From: an uncultured virus (IMG/VR IMGVR_UViG_3300028603_000033)
Lineage: Duplodnaviria > Heunggongvirae > Uroviricota > Caudoviricetes
Strand: one strand, 5' to 3'
Length of the DNA: 64,000 nt
Virus record (IMG/VR): IMGVR_UViG_3300028603_000033
This document shows positions 45,387-55,793 of the stretch, piece after piece. The notes below the pieces were generated by a model. That model saw nothing but the letters and a program-made list of their open reading frames with translations, searched no databases and was not told the origin of the DNA. Numbering within the stretch: position 1 is the stretch's first letter; each line of letters opens with the position of its first letter. The position numbers and the translations under genes are program-made.

Positions 45387-46139
45387 ATGCAAATAGAGAT
45401 TAATAAGGATACTTTTACGGGACAATTCTTGTCTCCTATTAGTAAAATTGTTGGTGATGACGATGCGAACAAAGGATGTGTTATAGATGTAACACCCAAA
45501 AATATTACAAGTCTTTGTAATACTAAAGATGGACAAATTATTCTATTTTCGAATATAACTATGGAAACTGGTCTAGCAGATGGTGAACAGGTTCATTTGA
45601 ATGTTTATGATATTCGAAAATTCATCAAACTGTTAGATTGTATTCCTGAAGACATTGTAAAGCTTCAGATTAATAGTAATCATTTAGCATATAAATCATC
45701 CCAAATAAACTTTAAGTTTCATTTAATGGATGAAGGTGTTATTAGAAAGTCCATTGTAAATGTAGATAAGATTGATAAGTTAACTTTTGATAGTGAATTC
45801 ATTATAACAAAGTCAAAGTTAGATGAGATAATGAAGATATCTAGTTTCACAGAAGATTCAAATAAGTTGTATTTGAATTGTGACAGTGTTGGTGTCAAAG
45901 GTGAACTAACAGATAAGACAAAACCCAATATTGATACTGTTAATATTCAAATGGCAGAATCTTTTGTGGGAAATAAATTCAACAATTTACCTATTAGCTT
46001 AGATGTATTAAGAAAGTTATCAGGAATAAAATTTAATGATTTAAACATTAAAGTTAACACTCAAACAAAGGTGTTAATGATGGAGTTAAGTAGCAACGAT
46101 TGCCTACTTAAATATATAGCAACAGCATTGGTAAAATAA
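45387..46139 (+). CDS. gp45: Sliding clamp (gp45-like)
   Basis: 250 aa; NVYDIRKFIKLL and a C-terminal LKYIATAL are clamp-like; located in the replication cluster. Confidence 0.72.
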   Translation: MQIEINKDTFTGQFLSPISKIVGDDDANKGCVIDVTPKNITSLCNTKDGQIILFSNITMETGLADGEQVHLNVYDIRKFIKLLDCIPEDIVKLQINSNHLAYKSSQINFKFHLMDEGVIRKSIVNVDKIDKLTFDSEFIITKSKLDEIMKISSFTEDSNKLYLNCDSVGVKGELTDKTKPNIDTVNIQMAESFVGNKFNNLPISLDVLRKLSGIKFNDLNIKVNTQTKVLMMELSSNDCLLKYIATALVK

Positions 46140-46154
46140 AATAAGGAAAAGAAG

Positions 46155-46502
46155 ATGGCAAATAATATTAGAACACAAGGTTACTTCATTAAGCGTTTAC
46201 GTGATTCTGGTTACATGGTAGATAAAGTTTATAACAATTATAGCCACAACGATAATCGTGCATGGACAGTTGTTATTGATCCAGGTAATGCCAGTATTTT
46301 CTGCACGTGCTATATTAATGAGCACGTAGATAATGGCGCACAATTAGGTAGTAGTTGTTTTGAACTTTTTGATGGTGGAAGATTCATTCCAGGCAAATAT
46401 AAAATCAAAACTAACACTTTTGAAATCCTAGTTGAGCAATTGGTAAAATGGGGCATTAACAACAAAGCACCTAATTATGGAAGAACACCAATTGAAAAAT
46501 AA
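46155..46502 (+). CDS. Hypothetical protein
   Basis: 115 aa; AAGGA RBS. Confidence 0.75.
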   Translation: MANNIRTQGYFIKRLRDSGYMVDKVYNNYSHNDNRAWTVVIDPGNASIFCTCYINEHVDNGAQLGSSCFELFDGGRFIPGKYKIKTNTFEILVEQLVKWGINNKAPNYGRTPIEK

Positions 46503-46524
46503 TCAATTAGATGTAAATAATTAC

Positions 46525-46839
46525 ATGAAGAAGGATGATAAAAAATCTGATGCAGCTGATAAAGCATTACAAGACCTATTAAGCAGTGCTGTTGTTAAGC
46601 ATATATCGGAAGAACAAAATAAACAATTGGTATTACAAAAAGAATGCCAAATGGATATGGAACATCTACCTTCAGTGTTGGGAGAATATCTAAAAAATTA
46701 TGTTGTTATAGCACATGATATTCTGGGTAATGAAGTAGTATTTTCATATGCTGCTAGCCCAAATGATAAAAATGCAGTAATGAAATTATTTCATGACACA
46801 TTCATTCGTATGATGGTTAATCCAAATAACCCCAAATAA
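46525..46839 (+). CDS. Hypothetical protein
   Basis: Track ORF 46477-46839; ATG 46525 lies 5 nt after GTAAATA. Confidence 0.6.
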   Translation: MKKDDKKSDAADKALQDLLSSAVVKHISEEQNKQLVLQKECQMDMEHLPSVLGEYLKNYVVIAHDILGNEVVFSYAASPNDKNAVMKLFHDTFIRMMVNPNNPK

Positions 46840-46858
46840 TTATTACTATCCTTATATC

Positions 46859-46887
46859 GGGAGCACCATAAAGTGCTCCCATTTTTT
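46859..46887 (+). terminator. Intrinsic terminator between convergent blocks
   Basis: GGGAGCAC-cataaa-GTGCTCCC followed by ATTTTTT. Confidence 0.8.
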
Positions 46888-49252
46888 ATGGAATTGGAGC
46901 AGCCTTAGGTGGCATATTAGGACTTTCGTCACAAGGGGTATTTTCTCCAGCACAGGTTGTAGGTATATTACATGCATTAGGTTCTGGTGTCTTAGCAAAC
47001 TTAGCTGGTAGTTGTTCAGTGTCGTTAATTCCACTATCACAAGCATCAATACGAACTTCTTCACTCTTACACCATAAGTCTAATGGAACATTCTTAAAGT
47101 AATGGAAATGTTGGGTATGGGGCATTTCATGTGTATGTAGTGCTAACCATTCTATTAATGATTGAGCCCAAGACGGTGATGGAACTGCTACACCCATTAC
47201 ATCAATTGTTTCAACAGCAGGTGGCGTCCCACAAGGTTCTAAAGTTGCACATTTTAAACTATCAGCACATTCTGTTGTTTGATATTCTAGTGGTGCAGTT
47301 ATGTGATGAACATATAATTCACCTTCAACATAAGTGGCTCCATTAACAATAAGTTGTCTAGTGACACCTAATCCACCATTTACAACCGCTTGTTCATAAT
47401 CATCAGGATTAATTGAAATATGTTTACCTTGCAAGCTAGTACGTTCTTTACCATTTACTAATACTTCACCCTTTGAACTTAGTGTTAATTGTTCACCAGC
47501 AATAGAAACAATACCAGCATATATATCTATGTTGCCTATTGTTTTAATTTGAACACCTCCACCACCAACCAACAATCTATATTGATTACTAGCGGTCACA
47601 TGAAGATCTCCACCTGGTAAATGATCTACATCAACACTTTCTACAATTGGCGCGGGCTTCATATATTCATAAGTACCCAAATGATCTACAGCAACGCCAG
47701 CAACACGAATTTTACCAGTGGGGTCTTTTCTCCAACCTTCAAAATCGTTAAATACTTGTCCAATTGTTTCAGTTTTGTTTCCATGAATAGATACTATTTC
47801 ATTACCACCATTACCCAATAATCTTTGTAAAGGAAATAAGTCAGCTTGTTTACCATGGATAAACCCTGCAAGACTTTGTTTTAAATCATCATCTGCCCAA
47901 CTACCATCTTGAGTACTAGGACTTATACCTGCACCACAACATGTTTTACAAGGTAAAACCCATTTAACACCACAAGAACCAGTTTTATCTTCAATTAAAT
48001 GAACACCTGGCGAGATTGTATTAGTGCTACAGGATTCACAAGAAAATGTATCACATTCATTTACTACTATGTGATAAACTTTACCACTACAACAAGTAGG
48101 ACAAGGTGCTGGCCCGCCAGCTTTAGTTTGTAATGGCGACACCCCATTAGCATTTTCAAAAGTTTCTCCACAGGTACCGTTATCATCAACAATCGCAGCA
48201 GAACGTTTAATTTCGAATAGGCGCTTCCTATCATGAATTTCTTTTAGAATACTTTTAATTTGAAGTACTGTATCTTTATCAAATTGTCCTATTGTTCTAA
48301 AATGATCACCACCAATTATTTGATCTACATGATCTTGAACAAAAGTACTTTGATTCTTCTTGACGGTTAAGAACTGGTCACCTACAACTAACTTTTGATC
48401 GTTACCAGCGGCTAACTGTGAGGTGGTAAAATTATTGAATTCTAAAAAGGAACCGTTATAATGAGTAAACTTTAATATCTCACGCAAATCAGTATCTATT
48501 AATTCAATAGAGTGTTTATTAGTATTGAATACTATTTTAGATCTAAAGGTTTTAGTATCTGTATTTAAAAATCCAGTATCTTGTTTATCAACATTCTCTG
48601 CACTTTGTGGATAATCAGGTGAACCGAAATCTTTTAAATCTTCTTCAGTACTTTGATTTAGAGTATAAATTCGTTTCCAATCTTCTTCACCAGCTGTTGC
48701 TGCAAAATAGACAGGATACTTAGGATCTCCATCTTGGAAGAATACCCAAACGTGTGCTCCTACATTAGGAATAGAGAACAACCCTCTAGCTAAATTACTA
48801 TATGCGGATGGTTTATACTGATGTGAATGAGGGTTGGTAAATCGATTTCCTACATTGTTAACTTCTGAGAAGGCATCTGGATAGTCTTTCTTAAACATCT
48901 CTGATGGTCGCTTACCTTCAACGTAATTGTCATCTTTCCAATAATTACTATCTGATGAAGAACCTTTTTCATCTAATGCATTATAACGACCTGGAGCATT
49001 ACCACCAAATAATGGCATTGCACATTCTGCCCATGGTAATATTCTTTTTAATTCAGGAAGGACTTTAGATAAATCAGGAGACATAGTTTTATCTGGAAAG
49101 ATAAAGTTTTTATCTAATTTATCTTCATTCCAATTTTCGTAAACTGTTGCTCCAACATGAGGTACCCATATTTTAATACGCCCACGTTTTTCGGGATCGG
49201 TGTTCATCACAACCACACCGATGTAGTTGCCTATGTATTTTCTTATATTCAT
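46886..49252 (-). CDS. gp5: Baseplate hub/central spike (gp5/VgrG-like)
   Basis: N-terminal OB fold YIGVVVMNTDPEKRGRIKIWVP...PWA...IPNVGAHVWVFFQDGDPKYPVY; beta-helix-like repeats; Cys-rich insert; HTH...HFH near the C-terminus. Confidence 0.8.
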   Translation of the reverse strand: MNIRKYIGNYIGVVVMNTDPEKRGRIKIWVPHVGATVYENWNEDKLDKNFIFPDKTMSPDLSKVLPELKRILPWAECAMPLFGGNAPGRYNALDEKGSSSDSNYWKDDNYVEGKRPSEMFKKDYPDAFSEVNNVGNRFTNPHSHQYKPSAYSNLARGLFSIPNVGAHVWVFFQDGDPKYPVYFAATAGEEDWKRIYTLNQSTEEDLKDFGSPDYPQSAENVDKQDTGFLNTDTKTFRSKIVFNTNKHSIELIDTDLREILKFTHYNGSFLEFNNFTTSQLAAGNDQKLVVGDQFLTVKKNQSTFVQDHVDQIIGGDHFRTIGQFDKDTVLQIKSILKEIHDRKRLFEIKRSAAIVDDNGTCGETFENANGVSPLQTKAGGPAPCPTCCSGKVYHIVVNECDTFSCESCSTNTISPGVHLIEDKTGSCGVKWVLPCKTCCGAGISPSTQDGSWADDDLKQSLAGFIHGKQADLFPLQRLLGNGGNEIVSIHGNKTETIGQVFNDFEGWRKDPTGKIRVAGVAVDHLGTYEYMKPAPIVESVDVDHLPGGDLHVTASNQYRLLVGGGGVQIKTIGNIDIYAGIVSIAGEQLTLSSKGEVLVNGKERTSLQGKHISINPDDYEQAVVNGGLGVTRQLIVNGATYVEGELYVHHITAPLEYQTTECADSLKCATLEPCGTPPAVETIDVMGVAVPSPSWAQSLIEWLALHTHEMPHTQHFHYFKNVPLDLWCKSEEVRIDACDSGINDTEQLPAKFAKTPEPNACNIPTTCAGENTPCDESPNMPPKAAPIP

Positions 49253-50079
49253 ATATTTTTAACCCGCCTATCAATAATTTTTATATTATTTTTTAATAAT
49301 AGATTTTTAACTGTACTAAAATCAACACCATATTTTTTTGATATTTTATAAACCGAATTTTTTTCATTATATAGTTTAATAATGTCATCTCTATATTTAT
49401 CCAACATTGACAAATTTTTTCCCCCGCGCAATTTACTACTGTAGCGACCATCAACTATTTTAATATTGTTTTTCTTTAATAAATATATTATTGATGATCT
49501 ATCACATTTATATTTAATTGATAGTTGAAAAATTGAATAATTATTTTTATAGTCACTAATTATACCATTCTTATCTAATATTCGATGTGGCACCCCCGCC
49601 CGCCTTAAATTTAATTTTAATATATTATTTAACAAATATCTAGTTGGAGTTAAAGATTTAAAACCATAATACTTAGAAATTTCAAAGAGGGTTTTGTTTT
49701 TATTAAAATACATGTCAACTACATCATCCTTATATTTTAAAAGCTTAGCATATGAACATCTATTTACAACACCGTCACCACCATCTGTTCTATTTAATAG
49801 TACACCGTTATTTAAATCAATCCTTCCCCATTGTTTTATCAAATCAATTTCTTTGTTTAACGCAGTTGTCTCGTCCAAATTAGTATACATAATTTTGGTT
49901 ATTTGATTAATTTTATATCCCATTTTTTTTAATTTTTGTATCTTATTATATAAATGCATATTATATTTCCTAGATCCTGTATCTAAATATCTTCGCCCTT
50001 TGCCTTTACCTATATAAAAGGGTTTAAAATTGTCAGTTACAGTAGGATCAAAATAAGCATATACATAATATTCATTCAT
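49249..50079 (-). CDS. GIY-YIG-family homing endonuclease with C-terminal HTH repeats
   Basis: YYVYAYFDP...PFYIGKGKGRR...E..LI...LLNRTDGGDG; three S/T-I/L-x-x-I/L-S-x-K-Y-type repeats; own GGGTAAATA promoter. Confidence 0.8.
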   Translation of the reverse strand: MNEYYVYAYFDPTVTDNFKPFYIGKGKGRRYLDTGSRKYNMHLYNKIQKLKKMGYKINQITKIMYTNLDETTALNKEIDLIKQWGRIDLNNGVLLNRTDGGDGVVNRCSYAKLLKYKDDVVDMYFNKNKTLFEISKYYGFKSLTPTRYLLNNILKLNLRRAGVPHRILDKNGIISDYKNNYSIFQLSIKYKCDRSSIIYLLKKNNIKIVDGRYSSKLRGGKNLSMLDKYRDDIIKLYNEKNSVYKISKKYGVDFSTVKNLLLKNNIKIIDRRVKNI

Positions 50080-50134
50080 AATATTATTTACCCTAATATA
50101 TACAAATTCCTAAATAATTTCCAAATTATTCTAC

Positions 50135-51478
50135 TTATACAGGGGGCTTAACTAAATCCACCTCAGGAACTAAATGATTGTCATCAACTGTATATGTAAT
50201 AGTATTCTTCAATTTGTTACCATTCATATCTGCTTCAAAGGTACCAGATCCTAATTTCTTTCTAGGATATGTTTCTTCAATTTCTAGTCCAACACCAATA
50301 GTCCAACTATAATTAAATACTTGTGTTACTGAATAACCCCATTTATCTAATTCAAAATCAACTAATATAGGTGCTGGTTCATAGCCACCTATTGGTACTT
50401 CAGGTTTATATATTGTCCAATCATTATCAACACTTTTTACTATTGCAGGCAAATACATTATAGGTCTGTGTTCACTTCTAACCTGATTATATATTTGATA
50501 CATATGATTAACTAATTGACAAGCATCTGTTAGGTATCCAAATAGATCATTAGCAACAGGAACCTTAATAGGATCAATATAATCAATAGGGTGATACTTG
50601 TCGTTTACGTAACATAAACCATGTGGTTCTCTTGGATCTCTAGAACCAGTTGTCCATAAACCAGTCCCTTCAGCAGTTGTTAAATCTACTTCAATAGTCA
50701 TATTATCATGCATGTAACTGTTCAATTTAGTCCATGCAGCATTAATTTCATTTGGTTCATCGGAAATCATTCTTTCACGAATAATTTCCCTAAGTACATG
50801 GGGTGTTCCATAAGCTTTTACACACAACGGATCAATAAGATTTTTATCTGTTTTAGTAGCACCTTTCCATTCATGAACATCAATAGCAGCAACATCAGAA
50901 TTGTATGTAATTACGTTTTCACCCATATGTTCTGATACAGGTTTGAACAGTAATAGATTTTCAATTTGTGAATCTACCTCAGGATGAATATAACGTAATT
51001 CATGTATCCATTTTCTAGTCTCTGGAGGCTTTTTAGCTGTTGTAACACCTACTACAGGAGAACAAGGTCTTGCATATGCATTTGATGGTGCACCAATTTT
51101 TACAATATCTTCCTGTGTATTTCTTCCTACATTTCTTTCGGTATAAGATGTTCTAACACCAACACCACCAGAATAAAATTCAGTATGTATAACACCTATT
51201 TCATAAACTAATCTATCTACCCATTGAAGATAACATTTCGCTCCTTGTAATTCAATTGCATCAACCCTGTTAATATAGTTATAGGCAGACATGAATCCAT
51301 CACACCATTTCTTACTTTCATTAGGTGGCAAAATATATAAGGATGCATCTGTAATACCATAATCTATATAGTCATGTTCAGTTTCTGTATTAGGATTTAA
51401 GAATGTTATACTAGAACCACTTTTACCAGTTGCAGTATCCGGTGGTAAAGGAAACATTGATACAAATTTACTTTTCAT
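50135..51478 (-). CDS. Hypothetical baseplate-region protein
   Basis: 447-aa ORF coupled within the structural operon. Confidence 0.65.
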   Translation of the reverse strand: MKSKFVSMFPLPPDTATGKSGSSITFLNPNTETEHDYIDYGITDASLYILPPNESKKWCDGFMSAYNYINRVDAIELQGAKCYLQWVDRLVYEIGVIHTEFYSGGVGVRTSYTERNVGRNTQEDIVKIGAPSNAYARPCSPVVGVTTAKKPPETRKWIHELRYIHPEVDSQIENLLLFKPVSEHMGENVITYNSDVAAIDVHEWKGATKTDKNLIDPLCVKAYGTPHVLREIIRERMISDEPNEINAAWTKLNSYMHDNMTIEVDLTTAEGTGLWTTGSRDPREPHGLCYVNDKYHPIDYIDPIKVPVANDLFGYLTDACQLVNHMYQIYNQVRSEHRPIMYLPAIVKSVDNDWTIYKPEVPIGGYEPAPILVDFELDKWGYSVTQVFNYSWTIGVGLEIEETYPRKKLGSGTFEADMNGNKLKNTITYTVDDNHLVPEVDLVKPPV

Positions 51479-53166
51479 TATGTTATACTTTCATCAGGGG
51501 CTAATTTAAATTCATCATATGCATGTAATTTGACCATAATAACTTTATTATCATATCTACCATATGTAAAGGTATGGATTACTTTTGTAACAAACCATTG
51601 TCCTAAAATTTTCCAATCAAAATCATGATCACTATTACCAATTCTATCAATACCTATAAACATGCCTGCTTGTCTATGTGTACTTCCGTACATACTTAAA
51701 CTAAAGACTTCATTTAAAAACAAATCAGCAAATACTGTTTCATTTCTACCTTTAACTAATCTTGAAAGAGCATCCTGTTCAGGATCTAAATTACTACTTA
51801 AATCGTATCTAGGGTCAATAGCTATCTGATCTTTTTTAGTCATATTTAATGTATATAATGGAAACTTACCCAATACATAGTCTACGCGTTCAGGAACAAT
51901 AAAGTCTTCACGAATGGTTTCAATTTCATTAGCTTCGACATTCATTACAAATTGATTCTTCTTATTCCAGTGTGTATGAACAGGTTTAGTTACCATTGCC
52001 TTAGAACTATCAATACCAGCCATGTCTGTAAAAAAGTATGAAGTAATAAATCCCCATTTATTAGATTTTATATCTATCTCATAGGATACACCTTCTAATA
52101 GTGGTGCTTTCCAAGGCGATATAATTGTCTTATCAATAAATATTGTTTCTAAATCAGAGGTTATATTATACAAACCATTTCTACCCTCTTCAAAAAACAA
52201 ATGTTCTTTTTGATAGGGACCAGGACTACTAACACCAGCCTTTTCAAATACTTTATGGTATGGTTGTAATTGATATTTTCTTGTCCATCTATCTCTTGTA
52301 AACATACAATGATCAAATTTTTCTCTTGATACATGTTTTGTCAAAAGGTATTCAAGTGTTTCCCAAACAGATTCATTTGCCTTTTGGGTGTAAAAGATAT
52401 TACTTCCACCCCAGTCCCAGTTATCAAAATCAATATATTCATCAAACCCAGCATCCCATAATAATGATGCAATTGCTTCACCAGTTGGCATTGATCTTAC
52501 AAGATCAGATGCATGTGATATTGGCTCCAAAGGAGGATCTGTATATAGTCTTGTACCCGTTGCAGTACTCCATTGTATTTTTCTTTCTAACATTAATTGA
52601 TAGTTCTTATCCCAAAAATAAAACTTCTTGAACTTACTATCTGCACGACCACCCATATCTTCTTTATCATAAATTATGAATACATTTTCAAATTCCCATA
52701 CTTCAGGGGGTAAAGTAACACCATCTTGTGTATTAATCGGTTTTAAACCTAATAGAAGTTCATCTCGTCCATCATTTCTAAAATGCCAAGTAGGTACTTC
52801 TGTTTCGTGAACTTCTCTTTCAAGACCTTCTTGAAATGTATCTAAAACTATATAACCTCTAGCATAAGGTGAAAATACATCTTCTTCATAATATATTTCC
52901 TTAACGTTAAAGGGGTCAATCAATTTATCAAAACCTTGACCTACATCTAATAGTGTCAACTTATATTCCCATTCTTGACGACCTTGTAATTTTACCTGAT
53001 CAGTCGCAATAGTTCCTATAGGGCCTAGTGCTGGTGGAGCATTACCGGTACTTCCACTATTTGGACATCGTGGAAGATTACTGGGATTAGAACCTTTTCC
53101 ATCCCAGCATTGGGTTGCGAGACCGTTAGGCCCCATTATTGGTGTTGATAAATCTCTTATAGCCAT
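51478..53166 (-). CDS. Baseplate hub protein (gp27/gpD-like)
   Basis: EIYYEEDVFSPYARG; C-terminal G...RQAG.FI.I...ILGQWFVTKVIHTF; between the gp53-like and gp5-like genes. Confidence 0.65.
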   Translation of the reverse strand: MAIRDLSTPIMGPNGLATQCWDGKGSNPSNLPRCPNSGSTGNAPPALGPIGTIATDQVKLQGRQEWEYKLTLLDVGQGFDKLIDPFNVKEIYYEEDVFSPYARGYIVLDTFQEGLEREVHETEVPTWHFRNDGRDELLLGLKPINTQDGVTLPPEVWEFENVFIIYDKEDMGGRADSKFKKFYFWDKNYQLMLERKIQWSTATGTRLYTDPPLEPISHASDLVRSMPTGEAIASLLWDAGFDEYIDFDNWDWGGSNIFYTQKANESVWETLEYLLTKHVSREKFDHCMFTRDRWTRKYQLQPYHKVFEKAGVSSPGPYQKEHLFFEEGRNGLYNITSDLETIFIDKTIISPWKAPLLEGVSYEIDIKSNKWGFITSYFFTDMAGIDSSKAMVTKPVHTHWNKKNQFVMNVEANEIETIREDFIVPERVDYVLGKFPLYTLNMTKKDQIAIDPRYDLSSNLDPEQDALSRLVKGRNETVFADLFLNEVFSLSMYGSTHRQAGMFIGIDRIGNSDHDFDWKILGQWFVTKVIHTFTYGRYDNKVIMVKLHAYDEFKLAPDESIT

Positions 53167-53519
53167 TATTGATTAATTACCGTTAAAATTTGTCTTGCAA
53201 CATTTCTCTTTAATATTTTAAGTTTAGTTCCGCCTTTAGGAAATTCTATAGGATTAGATATATTATTAGCTTTACAAATAAGCCACCATCCTTCAACTTG
53301 ACCATAAAATCTATAAGATAAATTTGTCCAAGTATCTCCTTCGTTTACATTATATAATTCATAATTTGTTTCGTCAAGATCTTCAGGAATAGTAACAGTC
53401 TTTGTAATATTGTAGTAATACTGATTATTTAACATAACATCATCAGTAAACACATTAAATATATTTTCCAAATCAATTGTTGGTATTTTAGAAACTCCCT
53501 TTATTTCATTATGCTTCAT
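53166..53519 (-). CDS. gp53: Baseplate wedge protein with LysM-like domain
   Basis: YNVNEGDTWTNLSYRFYG...WWLICKANNISNP...GTKLKI. Confidence 0.78.
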   Translation of the reverse strand: MKHNEIKGVSKIPTIDLENIFNVFTDDVMLNNQYYYNITKTVTIPEDLDETNYELYNVNEGDTWTNLSYRFYGQVEGWWLICKANNISNPIEFPKGGTKLKILKRNVARQILTVINQ

Positions 53520-53529
53520 TATTTCTCCT

Positions 53530-54330
53530 TTATATTGTAGGTCCTTGTTGAATTGCTTCTACTACACCAAACTGACCTGATAATACAGTTCCTAATATTT
53601 CTCTACTTTCAACAATTAGTTCTTTAATAGAAAATTGTATGTGCCAAGCATCCGGTACTATAAACGGTGTTGTGGCAACACCTGGAACAATATGTGAATG
53701 CATTGCTCCAACATTTGATATTTTTAGACCTTCTATTACACAAGCAGGGCTATATCGAACACCAGGAATATTCATAGTATAAATACAAGGTGGGATATAT
53801 GTAATTGCATCAGGGCGACCTTGTACATTTTGGTGTGTAAAGGTATACCAAAATAAAATATTCTTTAATATGTCTTCATCTGGTTTATAGGTATTAATAA
53901 GATAAAAATCTACTTCTACTTTTTGTAAACCTTGTCTTGTCCATGCTTCAGGTTGTTCAACACCGGCCCAACCAGATTGTAATGCTTCTGCCATGACCGC
54001 CCATTTAAGAGGTTCATAATTTTCTGTTGTTGGTCCTGGCCCCTGTTCCCATGTATGTGATACAGAATGATGTCCAGGCATAAGATATGGCAATATATAA
54101 ATGTTATCGGTTAATTCAGCAACATATAATCCTTTGTATGGTGATCCAACACCGCTTCTTTTAGTTTCAAAGTCTTGCCAATAATTTAAACTATTAACAA
54201 TAGCACCTTGGTTCTGCTGATATTCTACTAATTCAATGTAGGGAGTATCAACAACTGATTTTACGCCTTCGCCTACATCAGCTGCACACCATCTTCCATC
54301 TACATTTTGTGCTATATTAAATACACTCAT
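53530..54330 (-). CDS. Tail tube cap/initiator-like protein (gp48-like)
   Basis: PPCIYTMNIPG...CVIEGLKI...P...IQFSIKEL tube-fold pattern; position in the operon. Confidence 0.5.
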   Translation of the reverse strand: MSVFNIAQNVDGRWCAADVGEGVKSVVDTPYIELVEYQQNQGAIVNSLNYWQDFETKRSGVGSPYKGLYVAELTDNIYILPYLMPGHHSVSHTWEQGPGPTTENYEPLKWAVMAEALQSGWAGVEQPEAWTRQGLQKVEVDFYLINTYKPDEDILKNILFWYTFTHQNVQGRPDAITYIPPCIYTMNIPGVRYSPACVIEGLKISNVGAMHSHIVPGVATTPFIVPDAWHIQFSIKELIVESREILGTVLSGQFGVVEAIQQGPTI

Positions 54331-54340
54331 CTTTTATTCC

Positions 54341-55792
54341 TTATATTGTATTAACTCTGGCCGCTCCACCAGTTATTCTTTCCCATGCGGTTATTCTCAT
54401 TAAATATGCTGGGTCTCTTATATTATCAAATCCACCCGCACCTGCCTGTCCAATATTTCCTGTAGCCTTATTTTGTGAATCACCTGTTACTGTATCAGTT
54501 TCTTTTTCTTCACCACTATTACCAATTTTTTGTATAGCCTCAGAAGTTTTAGCTTCATTTAAATCTTTACTAATTTCTTTATTTTGAACTATATTAATAG
54601 GTGAAGGAGGCTGTGAACTAACCAGTCCACCTTCTTGAAGTTTTAAGATATTAGCTTCAGGATTTTTATCTATAGTAACATTTTTAGATGTTAGTCCACC
54701 ACTATTTATACTTTCTAAAAGAGGTTTAAAAGCTTTAGTAGAATCTTTATTAACAACATATTCACCAGGTGTCAACATAGCAGGAACAGTATCTGTATGT
54801 CCTTCACCAGGAATATCTCCACCCTTATTTCTAAATATTACATCCAATTTATCTTGAATATTGTCACCTATAGATAATATATTGCGGGTGTTTAATTCTT
54901 CCTTATCTAAAACTGATGTAACCTTACCATCATTAACTTCTACTATTTCGTTCTTATCTTTCTCAATATTTTGTTCTTTAGTACCTATTTCCTTAACTAA
55001 TAAATTATGAATATTATCTTCAATATTAGTAGTTATGTTTTCATTTGTACTTTCATGTGGATTTGTAGATTTACTATTATCTATATTGTGCTCAACATTG
55101 GTTACTTTTGTAAGAGGTGTCTTTATAACACTTTCAGGCATTTCTATATCTTGTTTAATGGGTGTTACACCTTCAGGCATTTCTATATCTTGTTCAATAG
55201 GAGTTACAACAGGTGGCAGTTCATCATTAACATTCTTCTTTTCATCCGAAATAATATTTTCAATTATTTTATTTGTATTATTTGATATAGTAGGTACTGG
55301 ATATAATGAATCTGTGTTATTGATTGTATTAATAATATTTTCATCACTAACATTGGTGCCTTCAATATTTTTTATATCTCCGGCAGAAACATCAGTCTTC
55401 TTAACACTTTCAAATATATTAGTAATAACATCTTTATGATTAGATATATTATTCCAATCAATATTATTAATCTTACTTAACAATTCCTTTATAGTAATTT
55501 CATCCACTTTATGATTATTATTCACCAGGGCTGATTTTATAATTTCAGGAACAGACAAATCCATTTTTTCTGTATTCTTTACTTCTTCTAAAACATCTTG
55601 TTCTAATAAGCTTACAGGAATATTACTAGGCATGGGTTGTGGTTTAATTTGACTAGGACTAATGTTTGGTTCAGTAGAACTATTCAATTCATAAACCTGT
55701 GATTTGATACCTAAAAAGAAGTCTTGTAGCTGTTGGGGAGTATAAGATGATTTAACATCTACGTCTTTAAATAAATCTGAAAATGAGCTCAT
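54341..55792 (-). CDS. Low-complexity tail/baseplate protein with a tape-measure-type motif
   Basis: GGDIPGEGHTDTVPAMLTPGEYVVNKDST and LQEGGLV motifs; Asn/Ile/Glu-rich. Confidence 0.55.
   Translation of the reverse strand: MSSFSDLFKDVDVKSSYTPQQLQDFFLGIKSQVYELNSSTEPNISPSQIKPQPMPSNIPVSLLEQDVLEEVKNTEKMDLSVPEIIKSALVNNNHKVDEITIKELLSKINNIDWNNISNHKDVITNIFESVKKTDVSAGDIKNIEGTNVSDENIINTINNTDSLYPVPTISNNTNKIIENIISDEKKNVNDELPPVVTPIEQDIEMPEGVTPIKQDIEMPESVIKTPLTKVTNVEHNIDNSKSTNPHESTNENITTNIEDNIHNLLVKEIGTKEQNIEKDKNEIVEVNDGKVTSVLDKEELNTRNILSIGDNIQDKLDVIFRNKGGDIPGEGHTDTVPAMLTPGEYVVNKDSTKAFKPLLESINSGGLTSKNVTIDKNPEANILKLQEGGLVSSQPPSPINIVQNKEISKDLNEAKTSEAIQKIGNSGEEKETDTVTGDSQNKATGNIGQAGAGGFDNIRDPAYLMRITAWERITGGAARVNTI
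55133..55207. repeat. 39-bp tandem duplication (VTPIxQDIEMPE)
   Basis: ttcaggcatttctatatcttgtt at 55133 and 55172. Confidence 0.8.
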
Positions 55793-55793
55793 G

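Noticed and set aside
44988..45536. 182-aa minus-strand ORF
   Set aside because: Antisense shadow over three coherent plus-strand genes, with no recognisable motif.
46852..47064. 70-aa minus-strand ORF overlapping the spike gene end
   Set aside because: Alternative frame within gp5 that runs through the terminator hairpin; no RBS or motif.
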